NCBI GenBank assembly: GCA_963773905.1
Contig: CAVZDB010000005.1
Location: forward strand, 326,257 to 390,256
Length of the DNA stretch: 64,000 bases
Source of the DNA: an uncultured Acidobacteriota bacterium
GTDB taxonomy: Bacteria; Acidobacteriota; Thermoanaerobaculia; UBA5066; Gp7-AA6
Reading direction: 5' to 3'
The notes below the pieces were generated by a model that saw only the letters and a list, made by a program, of their open reading frames with translations, made no database searches and was not told where the DNA came from. The translations under genes were made by a program, and so were the position numbers. Positions 9,576 through 17,860 of the stretch are shown here, piece after piece. Every line of letters starts with the position of its first letter. The first letter of the stretch is position 1.

Positions 9576-9950
9576 TCAGGCCGCGGGCGCCGGCCTCCCG
9601 CAGAAGCGGCCCAGGCAGTCGCGCAGCTTCTCGAAGTTGACGGGCTTGCACAGGAAGTCCGCGACCCCGGGGGCGTCGCGGATGAAGGAGAGCCCGGAGA
9701 GCAGGACGACGGGAGTCGCATACGACCGCCGCGCGCGTTCCGCGAGGAACTGCCAGCCGTCCATCTCGGGCATCATCAGGTCGAGCAGGATCAGCCGCGG
9801 CGCCTCCATCGTCTCGAGGACTTCCAGCGCCCGCCGTCCGTTCTCCACCCCGAGGGCGGCGTAGCCCTCGTCGTGGAGAAACTCGACGAGGCCCTCCCGC
9901 ACGGCGGCGTCGTCGTCGACGACGAGCACGGTCGCCCGCGCGCTATTCAT
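9576..9950 (-). CDS. Single-domain response regulator (CheY-like receiver)
   Basis: ORF of 124 aa: TVLVVDDDAAVREGL...LILLDLMMPEMDG...LCKP. Its start overlaps the kinase stop by 8 nt. Confidence 0.85.
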   Translation of the reverse strand: MNSARATVLVVDDDAAVREGLVEFLHDEGYAALGVENGRRALEVLETMEAPRLILLDLMMPEMDGWQFLAERARRSYATPVVLLSGLSFIRDAPGVADFLCKPVNFEKLRDCLGRFCGRPAPAA

Positions 9951-11439
9951 TGGGACCTCCCTCGGGAAGCCGCCTCGTCGGCGCCGGAGCCGGCTCCGAC
10001 AGACCGGCGACCTCGAGCAGGAGCCGCTCGCCCGACGTTTCCTCGTCCACGCCCCGACGGCGCGCGAGCTCGAGCTGGGCCATGACCTGCCGCGCGAGGA
10101 CCCGCAGGCCGTCCTTCTGCTCCTCCGTGAGCTCGCGCGGCCTCCGGTCCAGGACGCACAGCGTGCCGATCGCGAAGCCGTCGGGGGTCACGAGCGGCGC
10201 TCCAGCATAGAAGCGGACGTGCGGATCGTCGGTGACGAGCGGGTTCTCCGCGAACCGCGCGTCGGCCGCGGCGTCGGGGACCTCCATCACGTCGTTGCCC
10301 AGAATGGCGTGCGCGCAGAAGGCGACGTCCCGCGGCGTCTCCGCGACGCTCGTGCCGACCCGCGCGTGGAACGCCTGCCGCTCCCGCTCGACCGACGAGA
10401 TCAGCGCGAGCGGCGTTCCGCAGAACCGCGAGGCGAGGCGCGCGAGATCGTCGAGCTCCCGCGCCGAGGCCGCTCCCGCGGCGGAGTACCGATGGACCGC
10501 GGCCAGCCGCTGCGTCTCCGAGTCGGGCACCGCCGCCGCCACGGTTCCGACGAGCGGGGGCGTGGCGTCGCCGTGGTGCGCCGCCGCGAGGGCCACGCGC
10601 AGGTCGCGCATCGACGCGAAGCGCTCGGAGGGGTCCTTGTGCATCGCGCGCCCGATCAGCGCGGCCATCGGCTCCGGAATGTCGGGCACCCGCTTCGCGA
10701 TCGGCTCCGGTTCCTCCTTCACGATCATCTCGAGCAGCCGGAAGAGGTTCTCGTTCTCGAACGGCTTGCGGTAGCTGAAGAGCTCGTAGGCCAGCACGCC
10801 GAAAGAGAAGATGTCGGTGCGCACGTCGACGGAGTCGCCGCAGACCTGCTCCGGAGACATGTAGGCCGACGAGCCCACCGCGACGCCGGTGCCCGTGAGG
10901 ACGCTCGGCGCGCCGATGACCTTCGCCACGCCGAAGTCCATGATCTTGACCGTCTTGTTTTCGAGGATGCGGACGTTCGCGGGCTTGATGTCGCGGTGCA
11001 TCACGCCGGAACGATGTGCGTACTCGAGCCCGAGCGCGATCCCGAGCAGGATCTTGATCCGCGCGAGCACGTCGAGGGGCTCGCGACGGGCGATCAGCTG
11101 GGAAAGATCCTCGCCGCTCAGAAACTCCTGGACGATGTAGGGAGTCTCGCCCTCCATGCCGAATTCGTAGACGGTCGTGATGTTGGGGTGCTGCAGCCGG
11201 CCCGCGAGCTCCGCCTCCTGGAAGAAACGCGCCTGGAACTCCTTGCCGAGGAGGCAGCTCTTGATGGCGACGGGCCGCTTGATGTCCGGATCCCAGGCCT
11301 TGAAGACCGTGCCGAATCCGCCCGAGCCGATCCGCTCGAGAATCCGGTACTTGCCGATCGAGCCCGAGCCCTCGGGAGGCGGACCCGGCGGGACCGCGGG
11401 ACTCCCCTTGTCTCCCTCTTTGCGGCGAAGCAGGTCCAT
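9943..11439 (-). CDS. Ser/Thr protein kinase with a C-terminal GAF domain
   Basis: ORF 9943..11451(-). ATG 11439 is preferred because a GAGG lies 7 nt upstream. Hanks motifs are present: GSGGFGTVFKA, VAIK, HRDIKPAN, DFG, SPE. The C-terminus (...DVAFCAHAIL...FYAGAPLVTPDGFAIGTLCVLD) is GAF-like. Confidence 0.9.
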   Translation of the reverse strand: MDLLRRKEGDKGSPAVPPGPPPEGSGSIGKYRILERIGSGGFGTVFKAWDPDIKRPVAIKSCLLGKEFQARFFQEAELAGRLQHPNITTVYEFGMEGETPYIVQEFLSGEDLSQLIARREPLDVLARIKILLGIALGLEYAHRSGVMHRDIKPANVRILENKTVKIMDFGVAKVIGAPSVLTGTGVAVGSSAYMSPEQVCGDSVDVRTDIFSFGVLAYELFSYRKPFENENLFRLLEMIVKEEPEPIAKRVPDIPEPMAALIGRAMHKDPSERFASMRDLRVALAAAHHGDATPPLVGTVAAAVPDSETQRLAAVHRYSAAGAASARELDDLARLASRFCGTPLALISSVERERQAFHARVGTSVAETPRDVAFCAHAILGNDVMEVPDAAADARFAENPLVTDDPHVRFYAGAPLVTPDGFAIGTLCVLDRRPRELTEEQKDGLRVLARQVMAQLELARRRGVDEETSGERLLLEVAGLSEPAPAPTRRLPEGGPNE

Positions 11440-11479
11440 CGCGAGCCTCAAGGGAACATGTCGCCCGGAGTTTCGCCGT

Positions 11480-12058
11480 CTACTGGGCCGAGAGCGTTTC
11501 GATCAAGGTCCGGAGGTCGTCGGCGTGTTCCTCTTCCTTCGCCAGGATCTCCTCCATGAGGCGCCGCGACGTGGGATCGTCGTCGCCCAGGTAACGCACG
11601 ATCTCGGAGTAGGACTCGATGGCCACCCGCTCGGCCACGAGGTCCTCGCGGATCATGTCGAGAAGGGTCGTCCCTTCGACGTATTCGGAGTGGCTGCGGG
11701 TCAGGAGGCCATCCGGATTCAGATCGGGCTCGCCGCCGAGCTGGACGATGCGGTGCGCGATCTGATCCGCGTGGCCCTGCTCCTCGTTCGCGTGCTCGAG
11801 AAACTCTGCGGCGACCGCCTGCGCGTGAATCCCGGCGGCCATGTAGTGGTGACGCTTGTAGCGGAGGACGCACACGATCTCGGTGGCGAGCGCCTCGTTC
11901 AAGATCCTGACCACGGCCGCGCGGTCGGCACGGTAGTTTTCGGTGACCGCCCCCTTCTCGATGTGGCGGCGCGCGCGTGCGCGCAGCTCCTGGATGTCCG
12001 AAAGGAACGGATGGGCGGACGGCTTGGCGACCCGGAGGGTCTTCTTGGGGTTCTTCAT
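11480..12058 (-). CDS. Ferritin-like (bacterioferritin-family) protein
   Basis: This is the last 192 codons of ORF 11480..12133(-), starting at ATG 12058 (AAGGAG RBS). Di-iron ligand-like motifs are LNEALATEIVCVLRY...EFLEHANEEQGHADQIAHRI...LVAERVAIESY...AKEEEHADDL. Confidence 0.8.
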   Translation of the reverse strand: MKNPKKTLRVAKPSAHPFLSDIQELRARARRHIEKGAVTENYRADRAAVVRILNEALATEIVCVLRYKRHHYMAAGIHAQAVAAEFLEHANEEQGHADQIAHRIVQLGGEPDLNPDGLLTRSHSEYVEGTTLLDMIREDLVAERVAIESYSEIVRYLGDDDPTSRRLMEEILAKEEEHADDLRTLIETLSAQ

Positions 12059-12140
12059 GCGGCTCCTTGCCTTCGCGGCTGCAAATTCGCCCGCCTTTGA
12101 CGGGGCGCTCGCCTCCTGTATCACGCGTCGCACCTCGGAC

Positions 12141-12356
12141 TCAATGCGGGACCGGCTCGGCCTGGGGGTCGCGCCGCGGCTCGCGCACCGGCTCCGGCGC
12201 GTCGCGCCGGCGCGGGTCGATCGCCGGCACCTCGCGGTCCGGATCGTCGATCACCGGGGCGCCGTCCGGCAGCGGGTTTGGACTCGGGTCCTCCACCGCC
12301 GGCCGCCGTCCGACCGCGGGATCCTGCGGTATGAAGAACTCGCTAGGCCAGATCAT
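12141..12356 (-). CDS. Possible small Pro/Asp/Arg-rich protein
   Basis: ORF of 71 aa with GC-rich third positions. ATG 12356 overlaps the PNPOx stop by 14 nt. No motif recognised. Confidence 0.3.
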   Translation of the reverse strand: MIWPSEFFIPQDPAVGRRPAVEDPSPNPLPDGAPVIDDPDREVPAIDPRRRDAPEPVREPRRDPQAEPVPH

Positions 12357-12903
12357 CGGCCGTCACCTCCTGCACTTCGCCCAGCTCGACCGGCTCTCCG
12401 GTCACCCTGGACCGGATGGACTCGAAGAGCAGAACGGGCGCGGACTTCTCCACCGTCATGAAGTGGGCCAGCCGCGCATCGACGGCGATCAGGACCATGC
12501 GGGGGTCTTCGGGTCCGCCGTTCTCGTCCCCGCCGCGGTTGCCGAACCAGACCTTCCAGGACGGTTCGTAGAGCTCCCGGATCTTGGCGCGATCGCGCGA
12601 GAGGCGCGCGGTTCCCGAGATCGAGACCCACTCGCGGGTCCGATCCTTGTAGTACGCGAGGTTTACGTTCGGGTCGAGGGCGATCTCCCGAACCTTCGGG
12701 GAATCGCTCGAAGACACGAACCAGAAGTGCGCTCCGTCGGCCCGGCGCTGAGTGGCCATCGGACGCGAGACGAGGCTGCCGTCCCGGCGGCGCGTCGTGA
12801 GCATCGCGACCTCGATGTCCTCGATGAGCTCATAGAGGCGGTTGAGCTTCTCCGGCGACGGCTCGGGAACCGGACGCCGTATCCGGCGGGCCTCGTTCAC
12901 CAT
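12343..12903 (-). CDS. Pyridoxamine 5'-phosphate oxidase family protein (general stress protein 26 type)
   Basis: This is the last 186 codons of ORF 12343..13089(-), starting at ATG 12903. The sequence LYELIEDIEVAMLTTRRRDGSLVSRPMA...WFVSSSDSPKVREIALDPNVNLAY...WVSISGTARL is typical of the PNPOx/GSP26 family. Confidence 0.85.
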   Translation of the reverse strand: MVNEARRIRRPVPEPSPEKLNRLYELIEDIEVAMLTTRRRDGSLVSRPMATQRRADGAHFWFVSSSDSPKVREIALDPNVNLAYYKDRTREWVSISGTARLSRDRAKIRELYEPSWKVWFGNRGGDENGGPEDPRMVLIAVDARLAHFMTVEKSAPVLLFESIRSRVTGEPVELGEVQEVTADDLA

Positions 12904-12938
12904 GTCTTTTTGCCGCCGCGGACTCTCGCCATCGTCAT
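12897..12938 (-). CDS. Possible 11-13 codon upstream ORF coupled to the PNPOx start
   Basis: AAGGAG-c-ATGACGATGGCGAGAGTCCGCGGCGGCAAAAAGACATGGTGA. The uORF stop overlaps the main start as ATGGTGA. The main ATG has no SD of its own. Confidence 0.3.
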   Translation of the reverse strand: MTMARVRGGKKTW

Positions 12939-12988
12939 GCTCCTTCTTTCGCGGAGGAGAGCTGTGAGCTTTCCCTGCCGGGGGCAAA

Positions 12989-13004
12989 TGCACGGGACAT
13001 GCCA
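12989..13004 (-). promoter_or_regulatory. Putative sigma-54 promoter for the PNPOx gene
   Basis: Minus strand TGGCATGTCCCGTGCA with correct GG-N10-GC spacing. Confidence 0.55.
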
Positions 13005-13224
13005 CGGCTTCGCCCCGCGACTGGAGCGCCACGCGCCCGCGATTCGCACCCTCCTCAACCTCGACCGATTCTTCGGCACTCGCGGACACGGGACCGCCGC
13101 CCCCGAAGGGGCGGGTCCGATTTGGCGGGGAGTCTTGGTGGGAATCGGTTCGAGTGTTCCAAAGAACCTTGCCCGTTTTTAAAGCAAAAAGAGTGCCAGC
13201 GGCCGGCGCCGCGAGCAGGTGAGT

Positions 13225-13683
13225 TCAGGAAACCGCGGACGCGGAAGGCGTCGGCTGAGACACCTTGCGCACCACTTCCCCCACCTTCGCCTCGGAAGCG
13301 CGCCGTGCGACGTCCGCCTGCGACACGATCCCGCTGCAACGGCCGGATCCGTCGACGACGACGATCCGTCGGACACGGTTGACCTCCATCAGGCGGCAGC
13401 AATCTTCGAGCGAGGTCTCTTCCAGCGCCGTGAGGCAGGGGCTCGACATGCAGTCTCCGGCCGTGAGACGCGCGGCGTTCTTCCCCTCGGCGACGACCCG
13501 GCAGGCGATGTCGCGGTCCGTGACGATGCCGATCGGTTTGCGGCCCTTCGCTTCCAGGATCGGAATCGCGCCGCAGTCCTTCTCGATCAGCATCTTCGCG
13601 ATCTCCGTCAGAGGCGTCGACGCGAGTCCGCAGGCCGGCCGCGCGGTCATCACCTGGCGCACGGTCGTGGGCTCGGGGCTCAC
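13225..13683 (-). CDS. CBS-pair domain protein (start probably GTG 13683; alternatives ATG 13650 or 13788)
   Basis: ORF 13225..13788(-). The sequence VRQVMTARPACGLASTPLTEIAKMLIEKDCGAIPILE...IGIVTDRDIACRVV...CMSSPCLTALEETSLEDCCRLMEVNRVRRIVVVD...GIVSQADV forms two CBS motifs. ATG 13788 would overlap the divergent promoter core. Confidence 0.8.
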   Translation of the reverse strand: MSPEPTTVRQVMTARPACGLASTPLTEIAKMLIEKDCGAIPILEAKGRKPIGIVTDRDIACRVVAEGKNAARLTAGDCMSSPCLTALEETSLEDCCRLMEVNRVRRIVVVDGSGRCSGIVSQADVARRASEAKVGEVVRKVSQPTPSASAVS

Positions 13684-13735
13684 AGGGGCTTCCTCGCCGT
13701 GTCGCGACGCATGGTCCACCTCCGGCCGGAGAGGC

Positions 13736-13751
13736 TGCAAGATCCGCACCG
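13736..13751 (-). promoter_or_regulatory. Weaker sigma-54-like promoter candidate for the CBS gene
   Basis: Minus strand CGGTGCGGATCTTGCA. The -12 element is perfect, the -24 element is degenerate and the spacing is correct. Confidence 0.4.
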
Positions 13752-13771
13752 GCGCCCCGTCAAGGCCTCCG

Positions 13772-13787
13772 TGGCACCCCCGTTGCA
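13772..13787 (+). promoter_or_regulatory. Putative sigma-54 promoter for the DUF2231 gene (leaderless geometry)
   Basis: TGGCACCCCCGTTGCA is a perfect consensus match. ATG 13800 follows exactly 12 nt after TTGCA. Confidence 0.7.
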
Positions 13788-13799
13788 TTTCGACACGGC

Positions 13800-14297
13800 A
13801 TGCGCAGCCGAGCGGCCGTCGGGAACCATCCGATCCACCCCGCGCTCGTCCCCGTTCCGATCGGTGCGTTCTTCATGGCGTTCGTCGGAGACATCGCCTA
13901 CAGCGGCGGCGCGAAGACCGGCTTCTGGTACGACCTCTCCTACGTCTGCATCGGGGCCGGGATCGCGGCCGCCGTGATCGCGGCCCTGGCCGGTTCCGTC
14001 GACTACTTCTCCGTCAAGATGAGCGGGCAGGCGTTCCGCACGGCCACCTGGCACGGCCTGCTCAACCTCCTCATGGTGGCGCTCTACACTCTCAGCTTCT
14101 TCCTCCGCCGCCACGGCGCGGCGGCGTCCGGTTCGCGCTGGGTGGCTGCGGCCGCGCTGTCCTTCGTGGGCTTCGCCCTGCTCGCGGTCACCGGCTGGCT
14201 GGGGGGGACGCTCGCCTTCGAGCATCGCATCGGCGTCATCGAGCGACTCAACATCGTCAAGCCGGCGCCGCGCAAGAGCGAGCGCGCCGCCTCCTGA
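13800..14297 (+). CDS. DUF2231 domain membrane protein
   Basis: ORF of 165 aa. It has an N-terminal HPIHPALVPVPIGAF motif and four TM helices. Confidence 0.85.
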   Translation: MRSRAAVGNHPIHPALVPVPIGAFFMAFVGDIAYSGGAKTGFWYDLSYVCIGAGIAAAVIAALAGSVDYFSVKMSGQAFRTATWHGLLNLLMVALYTLSFFLRRHGAAASGSRWVAAAALSFVGFALLAVTGWLGGTLAFEHRIGVIERLNIVKPAPRKSERAAS

Positions 14298-14302
14298 GAC
14301 CC

Positions 14303-14794
14303 GTGCCCGGCAAGAAGCGAACGAGGCGAGCCGACGGGCCGGCGAGCGGATCCCCGGTGAGCGCGTGGCTCGCCCGATTCTCTCTGGCGGCGACGCAGTG
14401 GGCGGGCAGCTCGTGGGCGTTCGGTATCGCCGTCGCGGTGATCCTGGTCTGGGCGGTGACGGGACCGATCTTCCATTACTCCGACACGTGGCAGCTCGTC
14501 ATCAACACGGGCACCACCATCGTGACGTTCCTCATGGTCTTCCTCATCCAGCGCGCGCAGAACAAGGAGTCGAAGGCGGTCCAGCTCAAGTTGAACGAGA
14601 TCGTCGCCGCGATCAACGGCGCCAGCAACCGCCTCATCGACGTGGAGAGCCTCACGGAGGACGAGATCGAGGTGCTGCACAAGCACTACGCCGAGATGTC
14701 CCGCCTCGCGGAAGAAAAGGGGAGCCTCCTCGAGTCCCACTCGATCGACGAGGCCCGGGCACGCAGCGAGGCCAAGCGGCGCGCGTCGAAGTGA
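14303..14794 (+). CDS. Low-affinity iron permease family protein (GTG start 14303 or 14357)
   Basis: This is the C-terminal part of ORF 13265..14794(+). The sequence FSLAATQWAGSSWAFGIAVAVILVWAVTGPIFHYSDTWQLVINTGTTIVTFLMVFLIQRAQNKESKAVQLKLNEI is characteristic of the family. Confidence 0.8.
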   Translation: MPGKKRTRRADGPASGSPVSAWLARFSLAATQWAGSSWAFGIAVAVILVWAVTGPIFHYSDTWQLVINTGTTIVTFLMVFLIQRAQNKESKAVQLKLNEIVAAINGASNRLIDVESLTEDEIEVLHKHYAEMSRLAEEKGSLLESHSIDEARARSEAKRRASK

Positions 14795-14803
14795 TCTCCG
14801 GGT

Positions 14804-14819
14804 TGGCACGCCGCATGCT
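14804..14819 (+). promoter_or_regulatory. Putative sigma-54 promoter for the BON lipoprotein gene
   Basis: TGGCACGCCGCATGCT with correct spacing, about 100 nt before the start codon. Confidence 0.6.
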
Positions 14820-14918
14820 GAACCGATCGGCGGGCACGGACGCCGCGGATTCGCCCGGCGGCTCGGGGCTCATCGGGGCGGCGGACCTGTAGGTCCGATT
14901 TGGACAATGGAGGCCACC

Positions 14919-15233
14919 ATGAAGCGTCTTTCCGGAATCCTGGGCGCAGCGGTTCTTCTCACCTTCGTCTTCGCTTTGGGCGCGTGCACGACGACGCAGA
15001 GCCCGGGACGGCAGGTCGACGACGCGGGCATCCACACCGCGGTCAAGGCCAAGCTGACGACCGACCACTTCTCCAACATCGTCAACATCGACATCAACGT
15101 AACCAACGGGGTGGTGACGCTGGCGGGAGAGGTCCCCAACCCGGAGGTGAAGATCGAGGCGGAGAAGGAAGCCCGCTCGGTCGACGGCGTCGTTCGGGTA
15201 ATCAACAACCTCCAGGTCAAACACCCGGCGTAA
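14919..15233 (+). CDS. BON-domain lipoprotein (OsmY-like)
   Basis: ORF 14907..15233. The second ATG (14919) has GGAGG 6 nt upstream. Lipobox [63 protein letters not shown] is a BON domain. Confidence 0.85.
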   Translation: MKRLSGILGAAVLLTFVFALGACTTTQSPGRQVDDAGIHTAVKAKLTTDHFSNIVNIDINVTNGVVTLAGEVPNPEVKIEAEKEARSVDGVVRVINNLQVKHPA

Positions 15234-15253
15234 CGCGCAAGTCCGAAAAGGAT

Positions 15254-15286
15254 AAGGAGCCGGGTCGCCCCGGCTCCTTTTTTTTG
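15254..15286 (+). terminator. Rho-independent terminator
   Basis: AAGGAGCCGGG-TCGC-CCCGGCTCCTT followed by a T8 run. It lies between the convergent BON and DUF1328 genes. Confidence 0.75.
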
Positions 15287-15331
15287 CCCGCCGACGTCGG
15301 GGACCCTCTCCCGACGTCCTCGTCGCGGGCT

Positions 15332-15514
15332 CTAAACCGATCGCGCGATCTTGTTCGTCGCGGCCAGCCCCAGGATCAGGAAGATCAGGAAGAGAACCGC
15401 GAAAATGGCCGCGAACACCTTTGCGACCGCGAAGGACGCGCCCGCGATTCCCGTGAAACCCAGAAGCGCCGCGAACAAGCCGATCACGAAGAACATCAAC
15501 GCCAGCTTCAACAT
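15332..15514 (-). CDS. DUF1328 (UPF0391) small membrane protein
   Basis: ORF of 60 aa: [49 protein letters not shown]. Confidence 0.85.
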   Translation of the reverse strand: MLKLALMFFVIGLFAALLGFTGIAGASFAVAKVFAAIFAVLFLIFLILGLAATNKIARSV

Positions 15515-15544
15515 ACCCTTTCACCTCCCTCGGAGCGGGGGAAC

Positions 15545-15560
15545 TGCAAGAGGGGTGCCG
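15545..15560 (-). promoter_or_regulatory. Putative sigma-54 promoter for the DUF1328 gene
   Basis: Minus strand CGGCACCCCTCTTGCA, 32 nt before ATG 15514. Confidence 0.65.
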
Positions 15561-15580
15561 AGCGCTCCCGGCTTGCGAGC

Positions 15581-15596
15581 GGGCACGAATCTCGCT
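15581..15596 (+). promoter_or_regulatory. Putative sigma-54 promoter for the superoxide dismutase gene
   Basis: GGGCACGAATCTCGCT with correct spacing, 25 nt before ATG 15620. Confidence 0.5.
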
Positions 15597-15619
15597 TTCA
15601 TCGGTATCGGAGGAGAGAT

Positions 15620-16252
15620 ATGCCCACCTACACCCTGCCCGATCTCCAGTACGACTACGGCGCGCTCGAGCCGCACATCTCCGGAAAGATCATGGAGCTG
15701 CATCACGACAAGCACCATGCCGGATACGTCAAGGGCGCCAACGACACGCTCGACAAGCTCGACGAGGCCCGCACGAAGGAAGACTTCACGCGCGTCGGCG
15801 CGCTCGAGAAGGCCCTCGCGTTCAACCTGTCGGGCCATGTCCTGCACTCGCTCTTCTGGCAGAACCTCGATCCGAAGGGCGGCGGCCAGCCGCACGGGCC
15901 GCTGGCGGAGGCCATCAAGAACGACTTCGGCAGCTTCGACAAGTTCAAGCGGCAGCTGACCGCGATCGCCGGCTCGATCATGGGATCCGGCTGGGCCGCG
16001 CTCATCTGGGAGCCGCTCGGGGGACGCCTGCTGACGACCCAGATCTACGACCACCAGTCCAACCTGGCGCAGGGCGGGATCCCGATCCTCGTGCTGGACG
16101 CGTGGGAGCACGCCTTCTACCTGCAGTACCAGAACCGCAAGACGGAGTTCTTCGACGCGGTCTGGAACCTGTGGGACTGGGAGGACGTCTCGGATCGCTA
16201 CCTCGCGGTCAGCAAGCTGGACGTGGCGCTGGCGGGCGCGACGAGCGCGTAG
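15620..16252 (+). CDS. Fe/Mn-family superoxide dismutase
   Basis: In the frame of ORF 14900..16252, starting at ATG 15620 (GGAGGAG RBS). Sequence: [33 protein letters not shown]...[13 protein letters not shown]...[16 protein letters not shown]. Confidence 0.95.
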   Translation: MPTYTLPDLQYDYGALEPHISGKIMELHHDKHHAGYVKGANDTLDKLDEARTKEDFTRVGALEKALAFNLSGHVLHSLFWQNLDPKGGGQPHGPLAEAIKNDFGSFDKFKRQLTAIAGSIMGSGWAALIWEPLGGRLLTTQIYDHQSNLAQGGIPILVLDAWEHAFYLQYQNRKTEFFDAVWNLWDWEDVSDRYLAVSKLDVALAGATSA

Positions 16253-16254
16253 AC

Positions 16255-16903
16255 GTGCCCGCGGCGCGTCCGGCTGCCGCCAAGAGGAGTCGCGACGCTT
16301 CGCAATGGGTTCCGCAGTCACGCTCGCTGCGCGCGCTGACCGACGCCGCGGCGCGCTGCCGCGGCTGCCCGCTGTACGCGAAGGCGACGCAGACGGTCTT
16401 CGGCCGCGGACCCGCGCGCGCCGCGATTCTCCTGGTCGGCGAGCAGCCCGGGGACCGAGGACCTCGCCGGGCTCCCGTTCGTCGGACCGGCCGGGCGTGT
16501 CCTGGACGAGGCTCTCGCGAAGGCGGGTCTCACGCGCGGAGACGTCTACCTGACCAATGCGGTCAAGCACTTCAAGTTCGAGGCGCGCGGAAAGAAGCGG
16601 ATTCACCAGAAGCCCAACGCCGCCGAGCTCGAGGCGTGCCGTCCGTGGCTCTTCGCGGAGCTCGAGGCGGTCCGGCCCCGCGTGATCGTGAGCCTGGGCG
16701 CCACCGCCGAGCGCTCCCTCGCCCGCGTGCCGGCGACCGGGGCCGGGTCGGGGGTGAGGATCGCGACGATCCATCCTTCCGCTGCGCTCCGCGCTCCGGA
16801 GCGCCAGGCGCGCCACCGCCTCCGCGCGCGTCTCGCCCGGGACCTCCGGCGCGCCCGCCGGGCGAGCCTGTCGCGGCCCTCGGCGCGGTCGCGCGCCGAC
16901 TAG
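16255..16903 (+). pseudogene. Family-4-type uracil-DNA glycosylase, frameshifted
   Basis: From GTG 16255 the first frame reads ...CRGCPLYAKATQTVFGRGPARAAILLVGEQPGD. After about 16456 the sequence continues in another frame as EDLAGLPFVGPAGRVLDEALAKAGLTRGDVYLTNAVKHFKF...RIHQKP...VIVSLGATAE...IHPSAALR. The junction GACCGAGGAC looks like GACC(AG)GAGGAC with 2 nt missing. Confidence 0.7.
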
Positions 16904-17858
16904 AGCAGGGCCGCCAGCCGAAAGCGCCCGTCGGCGCGGGCGAGGGGCTCCCAGAGGTCTCCGAGCCGGCGCACGCGCGGCGGGACGGTGTCGATGCGGA
17001 AGTCCTCGAGCGCGACGCCGCGCTCGATCTCCTTCCACGTCACCGGCGTCGACACGGCAGGCCCGCGGGTGCGGCCGCACGGAATAGACCGACGCCAGGG
17101 TCCGGCCCCAGGCGTTCTGGTTGTAGTCGACGAGCACGCGGCCCTCGCGGCCGCTTGCGCGACGCGTAGATCGGCGGTGATCAGCGCGGGGATTGCGCGA
17201 CTGCCAGCGTGCGCGCGAGCGCCTTCGCGAAGCCCCAGACCTCCTTCTGCGTCGGGCCGCGCACGATCGGCACGTAGACGTGGATGCCCTTCGAGCCCGT
17301 GGTCTTCGCGAACGACGGCATCTTGAGCGTCTCGAGCGCCTCGCGCGACGAGCAGCGCGGTCTCGCAGCACGCGCGCGAAGGCGGCGCCCGGCGACCGGG
17401 ATCGAGGTCGAAGTGCAGGTAGTCGGGCCGGTCGACGTCGTCGCAGCGCGCGTACCACTGGTTCAGGTCGATGCAGCCGAGGTTGACGACCCAGAGCAGC
17501 GAGGGCAGGTCCTGGATCATCGGGAAGTCGATGACGCTTCCCGGAGCCGTGCTCGATCGCGCAGATCTCGATCCAGTCGGGCCGCGGAGTCGGCGCGCGC
17601 TTCATGAAGAAGAAGTCGCCCGCGGCGCCGTTGGGATAGCGCTTCATGACCATCGCGCGGTCGCGCACGTGCGGCAGGAGCGACGCGGCGCCACGTCGGC
17701 GTAGTACTGCAGCAGGTCGCCCTTGGTCAGGCCGAGCTCCGGCCAGAAGAGCTTGCGCAGGTTGGTGAGGCGGACGACGCGGGAACCGACCGCGGCCTCG
17801 ACGGTGTCGGCGTCGCGCGGCAGCTCGACCGCGGCGGCCGCCTGGACAGCCGATCCGC
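16900..17858 (-). pseudogene. LigD-type NHEJ polymerase/primase domain gene, broken by multiple frameshifts
   Basis: Recognisable PolDom segments are scattered over all three minus-strand frames: RVVRLTNLRKLFWPELGLTKGDLLQYYADVAP, then SLLPHVRDRAMVMKRYPNGAAGDFFFMKRAP...IEHGSGK, then VIDFPMIQDLPSLLWVVNLGCIDLNQWY...DYLHFDLDPG, then REALETLKMPSFAKTTGSKGIHVYVPIV...FAKALARTLA, then RGRVLVDYNQNAWGRTLASVYSVRPHPRA, then PVSTPVTWKEIERG...LGDLWEPL. Confidence 0.75.
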
Positions 17859-17860
17859 GC

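Noticed and set aside
12080-12096. Sigma-54-like element AGGCGGGCGAATTTGCA upstream of the ferritin-like gene.
   Set aside because: GG and GC are 11 nt apart instead of 10. The -24 element is also poor, so I do not count it.
13788-13788. ATG 13788 as the start of the CBS gene.
   Set aside because: It would place the start codon on top of the divergent TGGCAC...TTGCA core and add about 35 non-CBS residues. GTG 13683, with GAGGAAG upstream, fits better.
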